A DNA stretch of 64,000 nucleotides, from contig OZ024752.1 in NCBI GenBank assembly GCA_964016885.1, positions 36,022,001-36,086,000 on the forward strand, given 5' to 3'. The DNA is from Eledone cirrhosa. Lineage: Eukaryota. Positions 40,371 through 54,184 of this stretch are shown piece by piece. Position 1 is the stretch's first letter; every line of letters starts with the position of its first letter. The position numbers and the translations under genes are program-made. The notes under the pieces are model-generated. The model searched no databases, was not told the origin of the DNA, and was given only the letters and a program-made list of their open reading frames with translations.

Positions 40371-41490
40371 GAGGTGGATTGTCAGTATCGTTAGAGGGTC
40401 GGACGCCATGCTTTGCGGCATAGAGTTGTGGCCCTTTACGTTCTGAGTTCAAATCCCGCCGAGATTAACTTTGCCTTTCATCCTTACGGGGGTCGATAAA
40501 ATAAAGTACCAGTAATGCACTGGGTAATTGCTGGCCTTGTGCCTAAAGTAGAAACAATTATTTTATTAGCTAAGGAGGTGGATTGTCAGTATCGTTAGAG
40601 GGTCGGACGCCATGCTTTGCGGCACAGAGTTATGGCCCTTTACGTTCTGAGTTCAAATCCCGCCGAGGTTAACTTTGCCTTTCATCCTTACGGGGGTCGA
40701 TAAAATAAAGTACCAGTAATGCACTGGGGGTAATTGCTGGCCTTGTGCCAAAAGTAGAAACAATTGTTTTATTAGTTTCAGTCGTTTGACTGTGGTCTTG
40801 CTGGGGCACCGCCTTCATTTAGCAGATCTGTCAACCCTCCCCGTCCGACAGGGAGATCTTCCACCCACTATGGGGTGGGTGAGAGGTGTCTTCTCTTGTG
40901 AATATGGCTGTGGAGTCGTTAGAACGTTGGACAAATGCTTAGCTATATTTAGTTCAACTCTTTACGTTCTGAGTTCAAATCCCGCCGAGGTCAATTTTGC
41001 CTTTCTTCCTTCTGCGGTCGATAAAATACCAGTAAAGTACCAGTAAAGTACACATCCTGGTTGTAGAATAGGACATATTGTTTTATTAAATTTAAAAAAA
41101 AATTAGAACATAACATGACTTCCTCTTAACCATCAACTAACATTAATGAGATATTCTGAGTTCAAGTCCCGCCGAGGTTGACTTTGCCTTTCATCCTTAC
41201 GGGGGTCGATAAAATAAAGTACCAGTAATGGACTGGGTAATTGCTGGCCTTGTGCCTAAAGTAGAAACAATTAATGAAATATTACTTCTTTTTTTTTTAA
41301 TGTGCATTGGCAGTATCGGTAGAGGGTCGGACGCCATGTTTTGAAGCATAGAGTTACCTCCCTTTATGATCTGAGTTCAAATCCCGCCGAGGTTAACTTT
41401 GCCTTTCATCCTTACGGGGGTCGATAAAATAAAGTACCAGTAATGCACTGGGTAATTGCTGGCCTTGTGTCAAAAAGTAGCAACAATTAA
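40371..41490 (+). mobile_element. Cluster of five Meta-like SINE copies
   Basis: Copies at about 40371-40560, 40574-40765, 40905-41035, 41154-41271, 41307-41487. Confidence 0.85.
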
Positions 41491-41847
41491 TGAGATATTA
41501 CGAGATATTACGAGAACAAGAAAAAAGTAATATCTTTGCACTAGAAGTCCTTGAATGAACTTCAAATGACTGTTGTAATATATAAATTTAATTGGAATCA
41601 TCAAAGTTGTTAACTTGTTGAGTGTAAATATTTTATATCCGACATTCTGTCTAATTTTATATCTTTGAAGTTGTCTCTGCACTTAGAATATTATTCGTCT
41701 GTAACACACTTTAGCATTCTTTAGCATATAACAGAAAATTTAACTGAATATGTAAGCAAACCTTTTCTCTGCAGAATATCTTAACTATACCAAGTTTTGA
41801 CATAGTCTTACAATCTGCAGGGACCTCAAAATAATTAAAATGTATAC

Positions 41848-41879
<32 letters not shown>

Positions 41880-41946
41880 AAAGAGATGAAATCGAAAATG
41901 CAAATGGAGTCTTATTTGTTTTAAAAATATATATATTTATTTGGTT

Positions 41947-41984
41947 CCTTTACCGGTTTCGCAGTTCTTCTGCTTTTCAAAAGG
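41947..41984 (-). ncRNA. Minimal hammerhead, U3:A8 variant (family I)
   Basis: Identical to 32055-32092. Confidence 0.8.
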
Positions 41985-42205
41985 TGAGTTGAGATGGAGG
42001 GTCTGTGGTTTTTCTCATATATATATATATATATATTTAATACAATAACAGAGATAGCTTAAAGCTAAACTCCGACTGGTAACCATCTCACTCAACAAAC
42101 ATTAGGTTATATGTTAGTATAAACCCAATTTAAGTGTTTGGGGTGCTAACTATATGTATTTTGTGGAAAGCCAGTTGTATTATTTTATGAGATATAATTA
42201 AAGTT

Positions 42206-42244
<39 letters not shown>

Positions 42245-42245
<1 letters not shown>

Positions 42246-42398
42246 TTATTCCGGGTTGAATCGGAGGTAACCACAGTAAGTAAGGTACTCAATACATAGC
42301 AGAGTATAAAAGTTTTAATATAGAAGAGCTTCTACAGGACTAGAACTGTTTCATTCGAATGAAACAGTTCTAATCCTCTAGAAGCTCTTCTATATTAA

Positions 42399-42401
<3 letters not shown>
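42245..42401 (-). mobile_element. Family A Penelope-like end (subfamily variant)
   Basis: Same tail; foldback centred in stem II (tcattcgaatga). Confidence 0.8.
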
Positions 42402-42478
<77 letters not shown>

Positions 42479-42686
42479 GTGGTTAATACCTAACAGGTTT
42501 AAATGACCAGCGTGTATATTGTTTTATTTTAAGATGACCTCCCTTTACCCTCTTGGGGTCAGTGTGTATTTTATCTTTGGGAGGACTGCTGAATTTTCTA
42601 ATCTACCAGTCTCTTCTTAGCGCTGAGGGAGACCATCACCATTCTATTAATATCGATATAATTCTTATATCGATATTATTTGGGCA

Positions 42687-42811
42687 TCCACTGATGAGTT
42701 TATAAGAGCCCGCTTGTGTATAAAACTATGGATATATATACAAGTTTCTACATAACCTGGGAATTATTTATCCCAAATTGTAGAAATCTTATAACGAAAC
42801 GGCCGTCTGGA
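42687..42811 (+). ncRNA. Hammerhead with branched about 98-nt stem II (family J; element about 42476-42990)
   Basis: ucca-CUGAUGA-guuuauaaga[two hairpins]ucuuauaac-GAAAC GGCC GUC-ugga; tail related to 42037-42205. Confidence 0.8.
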
Positions 42812-43010
42812 AGGAAAGAGATATTTATTTAATAATGTCTCATATAAAATAATACAACCAATTATCCACGAAATACTGATTAGTTAGCACCCCAAACACT
42901 AAATTGGGATAATACTTAAGTATATCCTAATGTTTGTTGAGTGAGATGGAGTTTCAGAGTATCGCTTAAGGCTTTCTCTGTTTATGTATTGTATATATAT
43001 ATATATATAT

Positions 43011-43567
43011 AAAGAAAATTTTGCTCTACATGGCTGAATACAATAAATGTAATCTGACTTTTTCGAATATTAATAATAACATTCGATTCGTTTGCAATTT
43101 TGCAAACAAGCCTCAATATTATAGCCATGTCAGTAGAATGAACACTTCATTCTTGCTCTTGTGTTGGCATGCGAACAGAACTGCTATAATATTGAGGCTT
43201 GTTTGCAAAATTGCAAACGAATCGAATGTTATTATTAATATAGATTGGCAGATGTTTTGTTGTAACAAATAAAGAAATGACAGAAACCTGTTTAATAATT
43301 TCTTTTTATTTGGTTGAATAATTCGTTCCCATAAGAGTTATAATGTTTCATTATTTTATTAGCTAAGGAGGTGGATTGTCAGTATCGTTAGAGGGTCGGA
43401 CGCCATGCTTTCCAGCATAGAGTTACGGTCCTTGCCATTCTGAGTTCAAATCCCGCCGAGGTTTACTTTGCCTTTCATCCTTACGGGGTCGATAAAATAA
43501 AGTACCAGTAATGCACTGGGTAATTGCTGGCCTTGTGCCTAAAGTAGAAACAATTATTAATATTCGA

Positions 43568-43573
<6 letters not shown>
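43011..43573 (-). mobile_element. Foldback element interrupted by a SINE-plus-flank insertion
   Basis: Arm 43057-43125 is mirrored by 43163-43241 and 43564-43572. Confidence 0.65.
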
Positions 43574-43627
<54 letters not shown>

Positions 43628-44325
43628 GAAAATGTTTGACCCCGACGGCAGAGCTCAAGCCGTTTTAACGACTATTTCTGACTACTAGTGCAGAGCTTGA
43701 GCTCTGCCGTCGGAGTCAAACATTTTCCTATTACCCACTCTACTACCCTAAGTATTGAGTATTCTGGTGCGTTATGGTCCATCTGGTTCCTTACCACACC
43801 TCCTTCATTATATATATATTGACTGTTATATTGAACCATTCTATCGAGAGCTTTATTCGATTTGTGATATTTTGCATTCTCGCAATATTATACACAACTG
43901 AATCATTCGCCTAAGAGAGGTGTTGCCTCCCTTGCTGAACTCCACGTGGGGTCAGTAATAGCCACACTATCTATAGCATTTTGGAGCAAAACCCGTTGAT
44001 AACACGACTTCCTTGTTCATCATCTCACCAGAAGCCCAACATTCTTTATGTAGGCGGACAGTACCTGATTTTGGAGTCGCAGAAACCAATACTGGATTTT
44101 ACCATCAGTCCAGGGTCCGGGAAAGTATCAACACATATATTTTTATTGTTTGACCCGAATTACTTGGTCGTTTGTTTTGGTTGTGCGGATGATCTGTTTA
44201 ACCATCATCTCAGTGTGTTTGACCCTTAACGTATGTTGTAGCTCTGATTCACATGAATCATTGAGCGCTTGCCACACATATCTGACGTTGATTTTCGTTA
44301 ATTCCTGAGCTGAAAACGATTCTCG

Positions 44326-44408
<83 letters not shown>

Positions 44409-44465
44409 TAATATATATAATATATATAATATATAAGATCAAAAGATGGTTAAAAGAGTTCCATG

Positions 44466-44536
44466 TATTTTATTATGCGCATTTCAAAAACAAATATCAT
44501 CATGCAATAACATTTGCGTTTTCGTCAGATAAAATA
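44466..44536 (-). ncRNA. Hammerhead ribozyme (family C, inverted arm)
   Basis: uauuuuau-CUGACGA..GAAAU GCGC AUA-auaaaaua. Confidence 0.85.
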
Positions 44537-44655
44537 GGGAGACATGATATGAAGGTTAAAACACACTTGTGAATAATGCAGTTTTAAATCAACAATATGT
44601 TAATTTAAAACTGCACTATTCACAAGTGTGTTTTAACCTTCATATCATGTCTCTT

Positions 44656-44726
44656 TATTTTATCTGACGAAAATGCAAATGTTATTGCATGATGATATTT
44701 GTTTTTGAAATGCGCATAATAAAATA
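44656..44726 (+). ncRNA. Hammerhead ribozyme (family C, direct arm)
   Basis: Same fold, followed by tail to 44857 and (TA)n. Confidence 0.85.
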
Positions 44727-44853
44727 CATGGAACTCTTTCAACCATCTTTTGATCTTATATATTATTATTTATACTCCAGTCCTACAAACTGTAGAGTGC
44801 TACTTATCCGATATCTGCATTGCTTTATTGTACTACAATAAAACTCACCTCCT

Positions 44854-44922
<69 letters not shown>

Positions 44923-45258
44923 AGTGGAAGCTTAGTAAAATCGAAGCTTTGGCTGCGGCCAAGCAAAATCGACCTACAATTAGGAATGAGTAGCAAAGTA
45001 CTCAATAAGGGTAGGTCCTTAGAGTAATAACATACGTTTAGACAGCTTGACAAATTGGAAATTGCGGCAGGCAAAACCCAGCCATACAATACCAAAACAA
45101 CGAAAAAACTAATCAGGTTAGACAAAAACAAAAAGGGTGTGGTAAGATACCAGGTGGGCCATAACGCACCAGAGTACTCAATACTTTGGGTAGTAGAGTG
45201 CGTAATAGGAAAAGATTCAGGACCTAAATCCCACTATCAGGCTAAAAAAATTCTTTAG

Positions 45259-45300
<42 letters not shown>

Positions 45301-45303
<3 letters not shown>

Positions 45304-45516
45304 AATAATGGAGGTGCGGCGTTGCAAATGGGTTACATATGAAAAAGTAAGTCCTTCGTCGGTGGCCCTCCAACCGTCCTAGGCATTTCATCGCTTTAAG
45401 GGCCATATACCTCAGGTTGGTGCGAAAGCCGTTGTTCGCACCAACCTGAGGTATATGGCCCTTAAAGCGATGAAATGCCTAGGACGGTTGGAAGGCCACT
45501 GATGAAGGACTTACTT

Positions 45517-45523
<7 letters not shown>
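45301..45523 (-). mobile_element. Family M foldback + tail
   Basis: Arms 45337-45426 and 45435-45523. Confidence 0.7.
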
Positions 45524-45572
<49 letters not shown>

Positions 45573-45675
45573 CGAAGGAAGTGTGGTAAGGAACCAGGTG
45601 GACCATAACGCACCAGAGTACTCAATACTTTGGGAAGTAGAGTGGGTAATATGAAACGGTTCAGGACCTGAACCT

Positions 45676-45723
<48 letters not shown>

Positions 45724-45806
45724 CGTTTCCTCCCACCCCCTTTTCGCTATATGTCTCTCCACCACTCCCCTACACACCCCTTGAACTCTCTTCCCACACA
45801 CTTCTC

Positions 45807-45838
45807 ACCTGAGGAAGGGCTTATGCCCGAAACGTCGT
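45807..45838 (+). ncRNA. Minimal hammerhead (family K)
   Basis: ac-CUGAGGA-a gggc uuau gccc-GAAAC GUC-gu; stem I only 2 bp; AATAAA downstream. Confidence 0.65.
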
Positions 45839-45976
45839 TCCCCACCACCACCACCCCACTCTCCAGAGCGTGAAATTAATAAACATTCGTTGTACTGCCT
45901 CTCTGTTTTGTTCCTGTTCAAATTTTCCATTATATATATATATATATAGTATATATATATATATGTGTGTGTGTGT

Positions 45977-46032
<56 letters not shown>

Positions 46033-46065
46033 TGTGCGCGTGCGTGTGTGTGTGTGTGTGTGTGC

Positions 46066-46104
<39 letters not shown>

Positions 46105-46147
46105 CGTGCGTGTGTGTGTGTGCGTGTGTGTGTGTGTGTGTGCGTGC

Positions 46148-46197
<50 letters not shown>

Positions 46198-46759
46198 CCG
46201 ATCTCTCGGGTTTTACGAAACGCTGCGGGGATAAAGTTAATATATAGAGTGGTATGCTCATGCATGGGAGATGCTATAAAATAACTTATAGAATAGGATG
46301 AAATACCGTAACTGGTATTTTTTTGTCGACCTCGAAAGGATGAAATGCAAAGTTGACCTCAGTGGAATTTGAATGAATACAACAAAGCATTCTATCCGAC
46401 ATTCTAACGATATGCCGTCCTAAATATGCCGTCCTAAATATTTATAAACATTATAACGTTACTAATTAAAGGACATTGGACAATTAAACAGAGCGTGGTA
46501 CAATTTAGTGAATTAGTTTAAGCCTCTCAGTTGAAGCTTATAAAAAAATCCCAACGGCCCAACTATGCGACAAGATAAATTAAATAGAATTAGCCGTCGA
46601 AACGGCTTGAGCTCAGCCGTCGGGGTCCTACTCGTTCCTATTACCCACTCTACTACCCTAAGTATTGAGTACTTTGGTGCGTTATGGTCCACCTGGTTCC
46701 TTACCACATTTCCTCCGTTATATACATATATATATACACATATAGATATAGATATTTAC

Positions 46760-46828
<69 letters not shown>

Positions 46829-46848
46829 CATATATATATATATTTAAC

Positions 46849-46881
<33 letters not shown>

Positions 46882-47258
46882 ACATCAAATGCTCTGTATA
46901 GTCTTTTAAGACTATACAGAGCATTTGATGTTATTCCAAATTGAAGGATAAGTGTTTCAAACTTTATTTTATCATGAGTTAAAGGTCTATAGATTTTTCT
47001 CTGGATTTTACTAAATTCTGTGGATGAATTTATATCCTGATTCTCTTTTGAGATGAGTTTGAGTTATTTTTCCTAAATCTTTCGTTAACTACTTTTCCCA
47101 TCTTGACGTTATAGTCGCATATATGTTATAGAATGCCGTTAGCTTCTTGCTAAAACAATCTCTATACCTCTCATTTATATATATACATATATATATATAT
47201 ATGAAAGACGTAAAATAAGAAAATTTTAAAAATTAAAAATTAACTTACTAAAATTTTC

Positions 47259-47340
47259 ACTCCAACTAATTAGTTTCTGTAATGGGATAAAGATAGTTAC
47301 GCAATGTAACCATCGAGAATTCATTACGTCATCAGGGAGT
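47259..47340 (-). ncRNA. Hammerhead ribozyme (family L, inverted arm)
   Basis: Reverse complement of 47544-47625. Confidence 0.8.
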
Positions 47341-47543
47341 CTATTCTCAGCTAAGTCTCCAGGCAATGCGCGGACACTAGGGACTCATATAAAAATAATA
47401 ATTCGGTGGAGGGAACAGCTAGCGGGGACTGAATTCCATATCACTGAAAAAGTTCACTGTCTCTGGTCAAATGGCAGATTCTAAAGAATCAATCACGTGA
47501 CACTGAGTGTCCGCGCATTGCCTGGAGACTTAGCTGAGAATAG

Positions 47544-47625
47544 ACTCCCTGATGACGTAATGAATTCTCGATGGTTACATTGCGTAACTATCTTTATCCC
47601 ATTACAGAAACTAATTAGTTGGAGT
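47544..47625 (+). ncRNA. Hammerhead ribozyme (family L)
   Basis: acucc-CUGAUGA-c guaaug..gau gguuac auugc guaacu auc..cauuac a-GAAAC UAAUUA GUU-ggagu. Confidence 0.85.
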
Positions 47626-47833
47626 GAAAATTTTAGTAAGTAAGTTAATTTTTAATTTTTAAAATTTTCTTATTTTACGTCTTTCATATAATTGTTCTGC
47701 ATCCTCCTGCATTGAACCACCTAGGTACTATGACATAACTTATGTATTTGCTAGCATTAGTGTACATCTGTACGCATATGTTGGTAAATATACTAATTCT
47801 CTATACATATATATATATATATATATCTACATA

Positions 47834-47866
<33 letters not shown>

Positions 47867-48154
47867 GTATATATGTGTGTGTGTGTGTGTGTGTAATCTC
47901 GCTGAGGTTAACTTTGCCTTTCATCCTTACGGCGTCGATAAAATAAAATACCAGTAATACGCTGGAGTAATTGCTGGCCTTGAGTCAAAAGTAGAAACAA
48001 TGATTATGTCTTAATGTGATGTAAATTAGACAATGAAAGGGTCGAAAGGGGAACAATTGTTGGGTTGTACTTAAGGTATCTGTTGACTTTAAACAAACCC
48101 TTAGATAAGACCTCACTACATATGTTATAGAGATAACACAACATTATATTTCTT

Positions 48155-48340
48155 AGTGGATTGGCAGTATCGCTAGAGGGTCGGACGCCATGCTTTGACG
48201 TATAGAGTTACGGCCCTTGCCTTTCTGAGTTCAAATACCGCCAAGGTTAACTTTGCCTTTCATCCTTACGGGGTCGATAAAATAAAGTACCAGTAATGCA
48301 CTGGGTAATTGCTGGCCTTGTGCCAAAAGTAGAAACAATT
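48155..48340 (+). mobile_element. Meta-like SINE, TSD attatatttctta
   Basis: A and B boxes, central domain, flanking direct repeat. Confidence 0.85.
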
Positions 48341-48384
48341 ATATTTCTTATGGATAAGCTTTATCATGTTCATTCTACTTTAAA

Positions 48385-48756
48385 ACCTTCTTATTATTCT
48401 TATTCTTCTTTTTCATCTTCTTTTTCTTCTGTTTCTTCTTTTTCTTCTTCTTCTTTTTCTTCTTCTTCTTTTTCTTCTTATTCTTCTTCTTAATATTATT
48501 ATTCTCCTTCTTTTTCTTCTTTTTCTTCTTTTTCTTCTTTTTCTTCTTTTTCTTCTTTTTCTTTTTCTTTTTCTTCTTCTTTTTCTTCTTATTCTTCTTA
48601 TTCTTCTTATTATTATTCTCCGTCTTCTTTTTCTTCTTATTCTTCTTATTCTTCTTATTATGATTATTATTCTCCTTCTTTTTCTTCTTCTTATTCTTCT
48701 TCTTATTATTATTATTATTATTCTCCTTCTTTTTCTTCTTCTTCTTCTTCTTCTTC
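48385..48756. repeat. Degenerate (CTT/ATT)n tract
   Basis: Directly visible. Confidence 0.9.
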
Positions 48757-49002
48757 AGTCATCCGATGGCATGAAACAATGGTGAGGCATTGACAAAGTT
48801 TGAGCTCCAGGGTCCTCACTTCATTTTCTCCATCACATTCACCCTGTTAAATCCCCTCATATCAGTAACATACCTTTTACTAACCATTCTCGTCACCACT
48901 CTATCCAAGATCACCCTCTATCTTCCTCCACACCAGTAACATCTCTTTAATAACCGTTGACATCATCACCCCCACAACTTTCCTCTCTCATCACACCATC
49001 TT

Positions 49003-50400
49003 GTCAAATCCCTCTACAACTGCCATACACCCATCACATACTTTCTCACCCATTTTCTCTCTCAAATCCCTCTACATCTGCCATACACCCATCACATACT
49101 TTCTCACCCATTTTCTCTCTCAAATCCCTCTACAACTGCCATACGCCCATCACATACTTTCTCCTCCTTTTTCTCTCTCAAATCCCTCTACAACTGCCAT
49201 ACACCCATCACATACTTTCTCCTCCTTTTTCTCTCTCAAATCCCTGTACATCTACCATACGCCCATCACATACTTTCTCCTCCTTTTTCTCTCTCAAATC
49301 CCTCTACAACTGCCATATACCCATCGTATACTTTCTCCCCCTTTTTCTTTCTCATCCCAGTACAATTTTCATACACCTAACACATACTTTCTCCTCCTTT
49401 TTCTCTCTCAAATCCCTCTACAACTGCCATACGCCCATCACATACTTTCTCCTCCTTTTTCTCTCTCAAATCCCTCTACATCTGCCATACACCCATCATA
49501 TATTTTCTCGCCTTTTCTGTCACAAATCCCTCTACATCTGCCATACACCCATCATATATTTTCTCGCCCCTTCTCTCACAAATCCCTCTACATCTGCCAT
49601 ACACCCATCACATACTTTCTTCTCCTTTTTCTCTCTCAAATCCCTCTACATCTACCATACGCCCATCACATACTTTCTCACCCATTTTCTCTCTCAAATC
49701 CCTCTACATCTGCCATACACCCATCATATATTTTCTCGCCCCTTCTCTCACAAATCCCTCTACATCTGCCATACACCCATCACATACTTTCTCGCCCCTT
49801 CTCTCACAAATCCCTCTACATCTGCCATACACCCATCATATATTTTCTCGCCCTTTCTCTCACACATCCCTCTACATCTGCCATACACCCATCATATATT
49901 TTCTCGCCCTTTCTCTCTCAAATCCCTCTACATCTGCCATACACCGATCACATACTTTCTCGCCCCTTCTCTCACACATCCCTCTACAACTGCCATACAC
50001 CCATCATATATTTTCTCGCCCTTTCTCTCACATATCCCTCTACATCTGCCATACACCCATCACATACATTCTCGCCCCTTCTCTCACACATCCCTCTACA
50101 ACTGCCATACACCCATCATATATTTTCTCGCCCTTTCTCTCACACATCCCTCTACATCTGCCATACACCCATCACATACTTTCTCGCCCCTTCTCTCACA
50201 CATCCCTCTACATCTGCCATACACCCATCACATACTTTCTCGCCCCTTCTCTCACACATCCCTCTACATCTGCCATACACCCATCATATATTTTCTCGCC
50301 TTTTCTCTCACACATCCCTCCACAACTGCCATACACCCATCACATACTTTTTCGCCCCTTCTCTCACACATCCCGTCATAGTCATCATACACCCATCACA
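49003..50400. repeat. About 61-bp minisatellite
   Basis: caaatccctctacatctgccatacacccatcacatactttctc... units. Confidence 0.9.
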
Positions 50401-51158
50401 CCAAACTTCCCACCCACCTATCGTTATTCACCTTTGACATCATACATCATGCTTCTTACTACTCCGCCCCCGCCACTCTCTTACTCTCCAAATACGACCT
50501 AACTCAGACAAGCCCCCATCCCCATCACCCCTCCCCTCCATATAGGAGAGAGAGAATTTTTCAATCGAGTCAACGACCGACAACTCTCCTTATTCAGATA
50601 AGATAAACAAATTACAGCTTCTTCAAAATAATTAAAACGCATTAGTGACGTAGCGCCTGGTCAAGTGATAAGGGTATTGGACTTACGGTCATATCGTGGG
50701 TTCGATTCCTGAGTTGGGTTGCGTGTTCTGTTCTTGAGCACCACGAAACTGGGATAAGCACTGGCCTAACGAGCTTTCTGGTTTAAGACAGACTTTAGAA
50801 TGACGAAGCTAGAATGTGTACCGCCCAGAGCAGATCATGATTTTCCTGTCCTCGTTGTGTCCTAGACAGGGTTAGAGAGACTGTGATAGAAGTTGAGCCT
50901 GAGTGGAGCCATGAGCTATATAACGGAATACTCCGATGTTTTACCGGCGAAGATTCGAAACCGAATCCGAGGTTTCTCGCCTCTGGGACCACCCATTATT
51001 GGAAGGTTCCCACTACTGTCCTGTCAAGTCAACGATGATAAACGTACATACCACTTGACCTGTGACCCCAGATTGTAGACAGGGGAAACACAGATGGCTG
51101 ATCATAAATCAACCTCATGTACACATCCTTCTAACTATAACATTATTATAAATACAAG

Positions 51159-51325
51159 GTAGAGGGTCGGACGCCATGCTTTGACGCATAGAGTTACGTC
51201 CCTTGCCATTCTGAGTTCAAATCCCGCCGAGGTTAACTTTGCCTTTCATCCTTACGAGGTCGATAAAATAAAGTACCAGTAATACACTAGGTAATTGCTG
51301 GCGTTGTGCCAAAAGTAGAAACAAT
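51159..51325 (+). mobile_element. Meta-like SINE, TSD attattataaatacaag
   Basis: Direct repeat at about 51142 and 51324. Confidence 0.85.
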
Positions 51326-51507
51326 TATTATAAATACAAGAAAATCTAACAGCCAGAGAGACCGAAACAAGCAGTCCGTGTTAAGGTTCGCGATGTAGCA
51401 GACCTTTACCCTATCTCTCTCCTGACCTTACTGGTTCCCACCTTCTCGGCCACAGACAGCCCGACACGAAGCAGCGCTCCTTGAAGGGAATAACGAATAC
51501 TAAGACG

Positions 51508-51550
<43 letters not shown>

Positions 51551-51916
51551 TCAGCAGGTTCGATTATACTGTTTATTTCTGTGTTTTATCTATTCTTGCA
51601 TTTTCTTGTTGAATCACTTATAATTATATCGTCGTGTTGATACATGCATGCACGCTAGCTCGAAGTAGCTAGCCAGCAAATTAATGTAGCGATAAATTCT
51701 GTCACATATTGTTATTGTAAAATAAATATTATCAACATCACAATCAAGGCATTATTCTTTTCATCAAACACCCATCAAAGAATAACATTTTATCCGCTGC
51801 AGCTATATGTTGCCTGCCGGGATGTGACATGAAAGGGAGAGATGAACCATACAAAAGAAATAGTCCGAGATCTCCTCTTAAAATAGCCTTGTCGCGGGGG
51901 GGGGGGGGGGTTCAGA

Positions 51917-52268
51917 TATGAGGGTCGGCTGAAAAGTTCATAGACTAAAAAAGTTGGCAGGCTAACCAAGATACCCTCATGGAATGACCAAATGAAGTTT
52001 ATTCTTCAACATAATCCCTGGAACGAATATAGTTATTAATAAGAAGAGTTGAAATTAATTGTTTCTACTTTAGGCACAAGGCCAGCAATTACCCAGTACA
52101 TTACTGGTACTTTATTTTATCGACCCCGTAAGGATGAAAGGCAAAGTTAACCTCGGTGGGATTTGAACTCAGACTGTAAGAAGAGTTGAAATTAATGCAT
52201 GCAAGATTTCACAGTTCTAGCATCGTTCCTACATAGTCAGCCCATGAACTTTTCAGTCCGCCCTCGTA
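51917..52268 (+). mobile_element. Mariner-type MITE containing a SINE insertion (52060-52176, -)
   Basis: TIRs gagggtcggctgaaaagttcat / atgaacttttcagtccgccctcgta; 20-bp TSD taagaagagttgaaattaat. Confidence 0.85.
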
Positions 52269-52369
52269 TATTTATATATATATATATATATATACATACC
52301 GTAGATCATTAGATATACTAAATACACATACATATATGTATACAACCATGTTGAAGCGAACACCTTGAT

Positions 52370-52517
<148 letters not shown>

Positions 52518-52597
52518 AGTAGTTCCACTTCAGTTAGTTCACCATACCGAGAACAAATGTTTCACCTTATTCGAATTCTCAGCTCGGTATATATATG

Positions 52598-52658
<61 letters not shown>

Positions 52659-52817
52659 GAGGTTTTTTCTTTCAAAAATGAAAAAAAACGAGATGTCCTA
52701 CACGAATGAAAGTATAAGGAAAAAGATGAACTGCGAAACCGGTAAAGGAACCAAATAAATATTCTTAAAAAGACTCCAGTTGCATTTTCGATTTCAGCTT
52801 TTTTCCTTTTATATATG

Positions 52818-52936
<119 letters not shown>

Positions 52937-53022
52937 ATTAATTTTTCTTTCCCTTTTTATTTTTAATATTATTACTATCCCTATTTGTACAATTGTGCAA
53001 CTTAACAATATTCTGCATATCC

Positions 53023-53060
53023 GCAATTGACAATGCATTTAATGCTGAAACCGGTATTGT
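53023..53060 (+). ncRNA. Minimal hammerhead, U3:A8 variant
   Basis: gcaa-UUGACAA-u gcau uua augc u-GAAAC CG GUA-uugu then aauaaa. Confidence 0.7.
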
Positions 53061-53452
53061 AAATAAATTAATGTTTTGATATTTCACTGAAAAAAATCTC
53101 TTCAACATTTTCTACTGAAAATTTTTTTTTCCTTTTTACTATTTGTTTTTATATATATATCAACTGGTGTGTTACTTTTCTACATTCGATACATATATAT
53201 ATGTGTGTATATATATGTATATATATATATATATATATATAACAAAGGAATTGTGGTAAGGAACCAGATGGACCATAACGCACCAGAGTACTTAATACTT
53301 AGGGTAGTAGAGTGGGAAATAGGAAAAAGTATGACCCCCGACGGCAGAGCTCAAGCCGTTTCGGCGGCTAATTCTGGACTCAGAAATAGCCGTCGAAACG
53401 CCAAGAAACCGAGATAAGCACCGGCCAAATTAGCCTTCTGGCACATATATAT

Positions 53453-53553
<101 letters not shown>

Positions 53554-53740
53554 AACGAGTAGGACCCCGACGGCTGAACTCAAGCCGTTTCGACGGCTAA
53601 TTCAGTCCAGAATTAGCCGTCGAAACGGCTTGAGCTCAGCCGTCGGGGTCCTACTCGTTCCTATTACCCACCCTACTACCCTAAGTATTGAGTACTTTGG
53701 TGCGTTATGGTCCATCTGGTTCCTTACTACATTTCCTTCG

Positions 53741-53840
<100 letters not shown>

Positions 53841-53841
53841 G

Positions 53842-54184
53842 CAAGGGTCGGCTGGAAGTTTCATAGGCTGACCAAGATACTCTCATGGAATGATCAAATG
53901 CGGTTTAGTTTTCAACATAGTCCCTGGAAAGAAACAATGCAGTTATTAATAAAAAGAGTTGAAATTAATGCATGCAAGATTTCATAGCTCTAACATCACT
54001 CCTTCATAGGCTGACCAAGATACTCTCAACTTAATGAGGTTTATTTTTCAACATAGTCCCTGGAAAGAAATAATGCAGTTATTAATAAAAAAAAGAGTTG
54101 AAATTAATGCATGCAAGATTTCATAGCTCTAGCATCACTCCTACATAGTCAGCCTATGAACTTTTTTTTCAGCAGACCCTCGTA
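53842..54184 (+). mobile_element. Mariner-type MITE
   Basis: Both TIRs and two internal units. Confidence 0.8.

Larger units (their letters stand above)
47202..47802 (+). mobile_element. Penelope-like end, family L (about 180-bp inverted arms + tail)
   Basis: 47202-47378 is mirrored by 47506-47687. Confidence 0.85.

Noticed and set aside
48957-50437. 470-aa ORFs
   Set aside because: Minisatellite read in several frames
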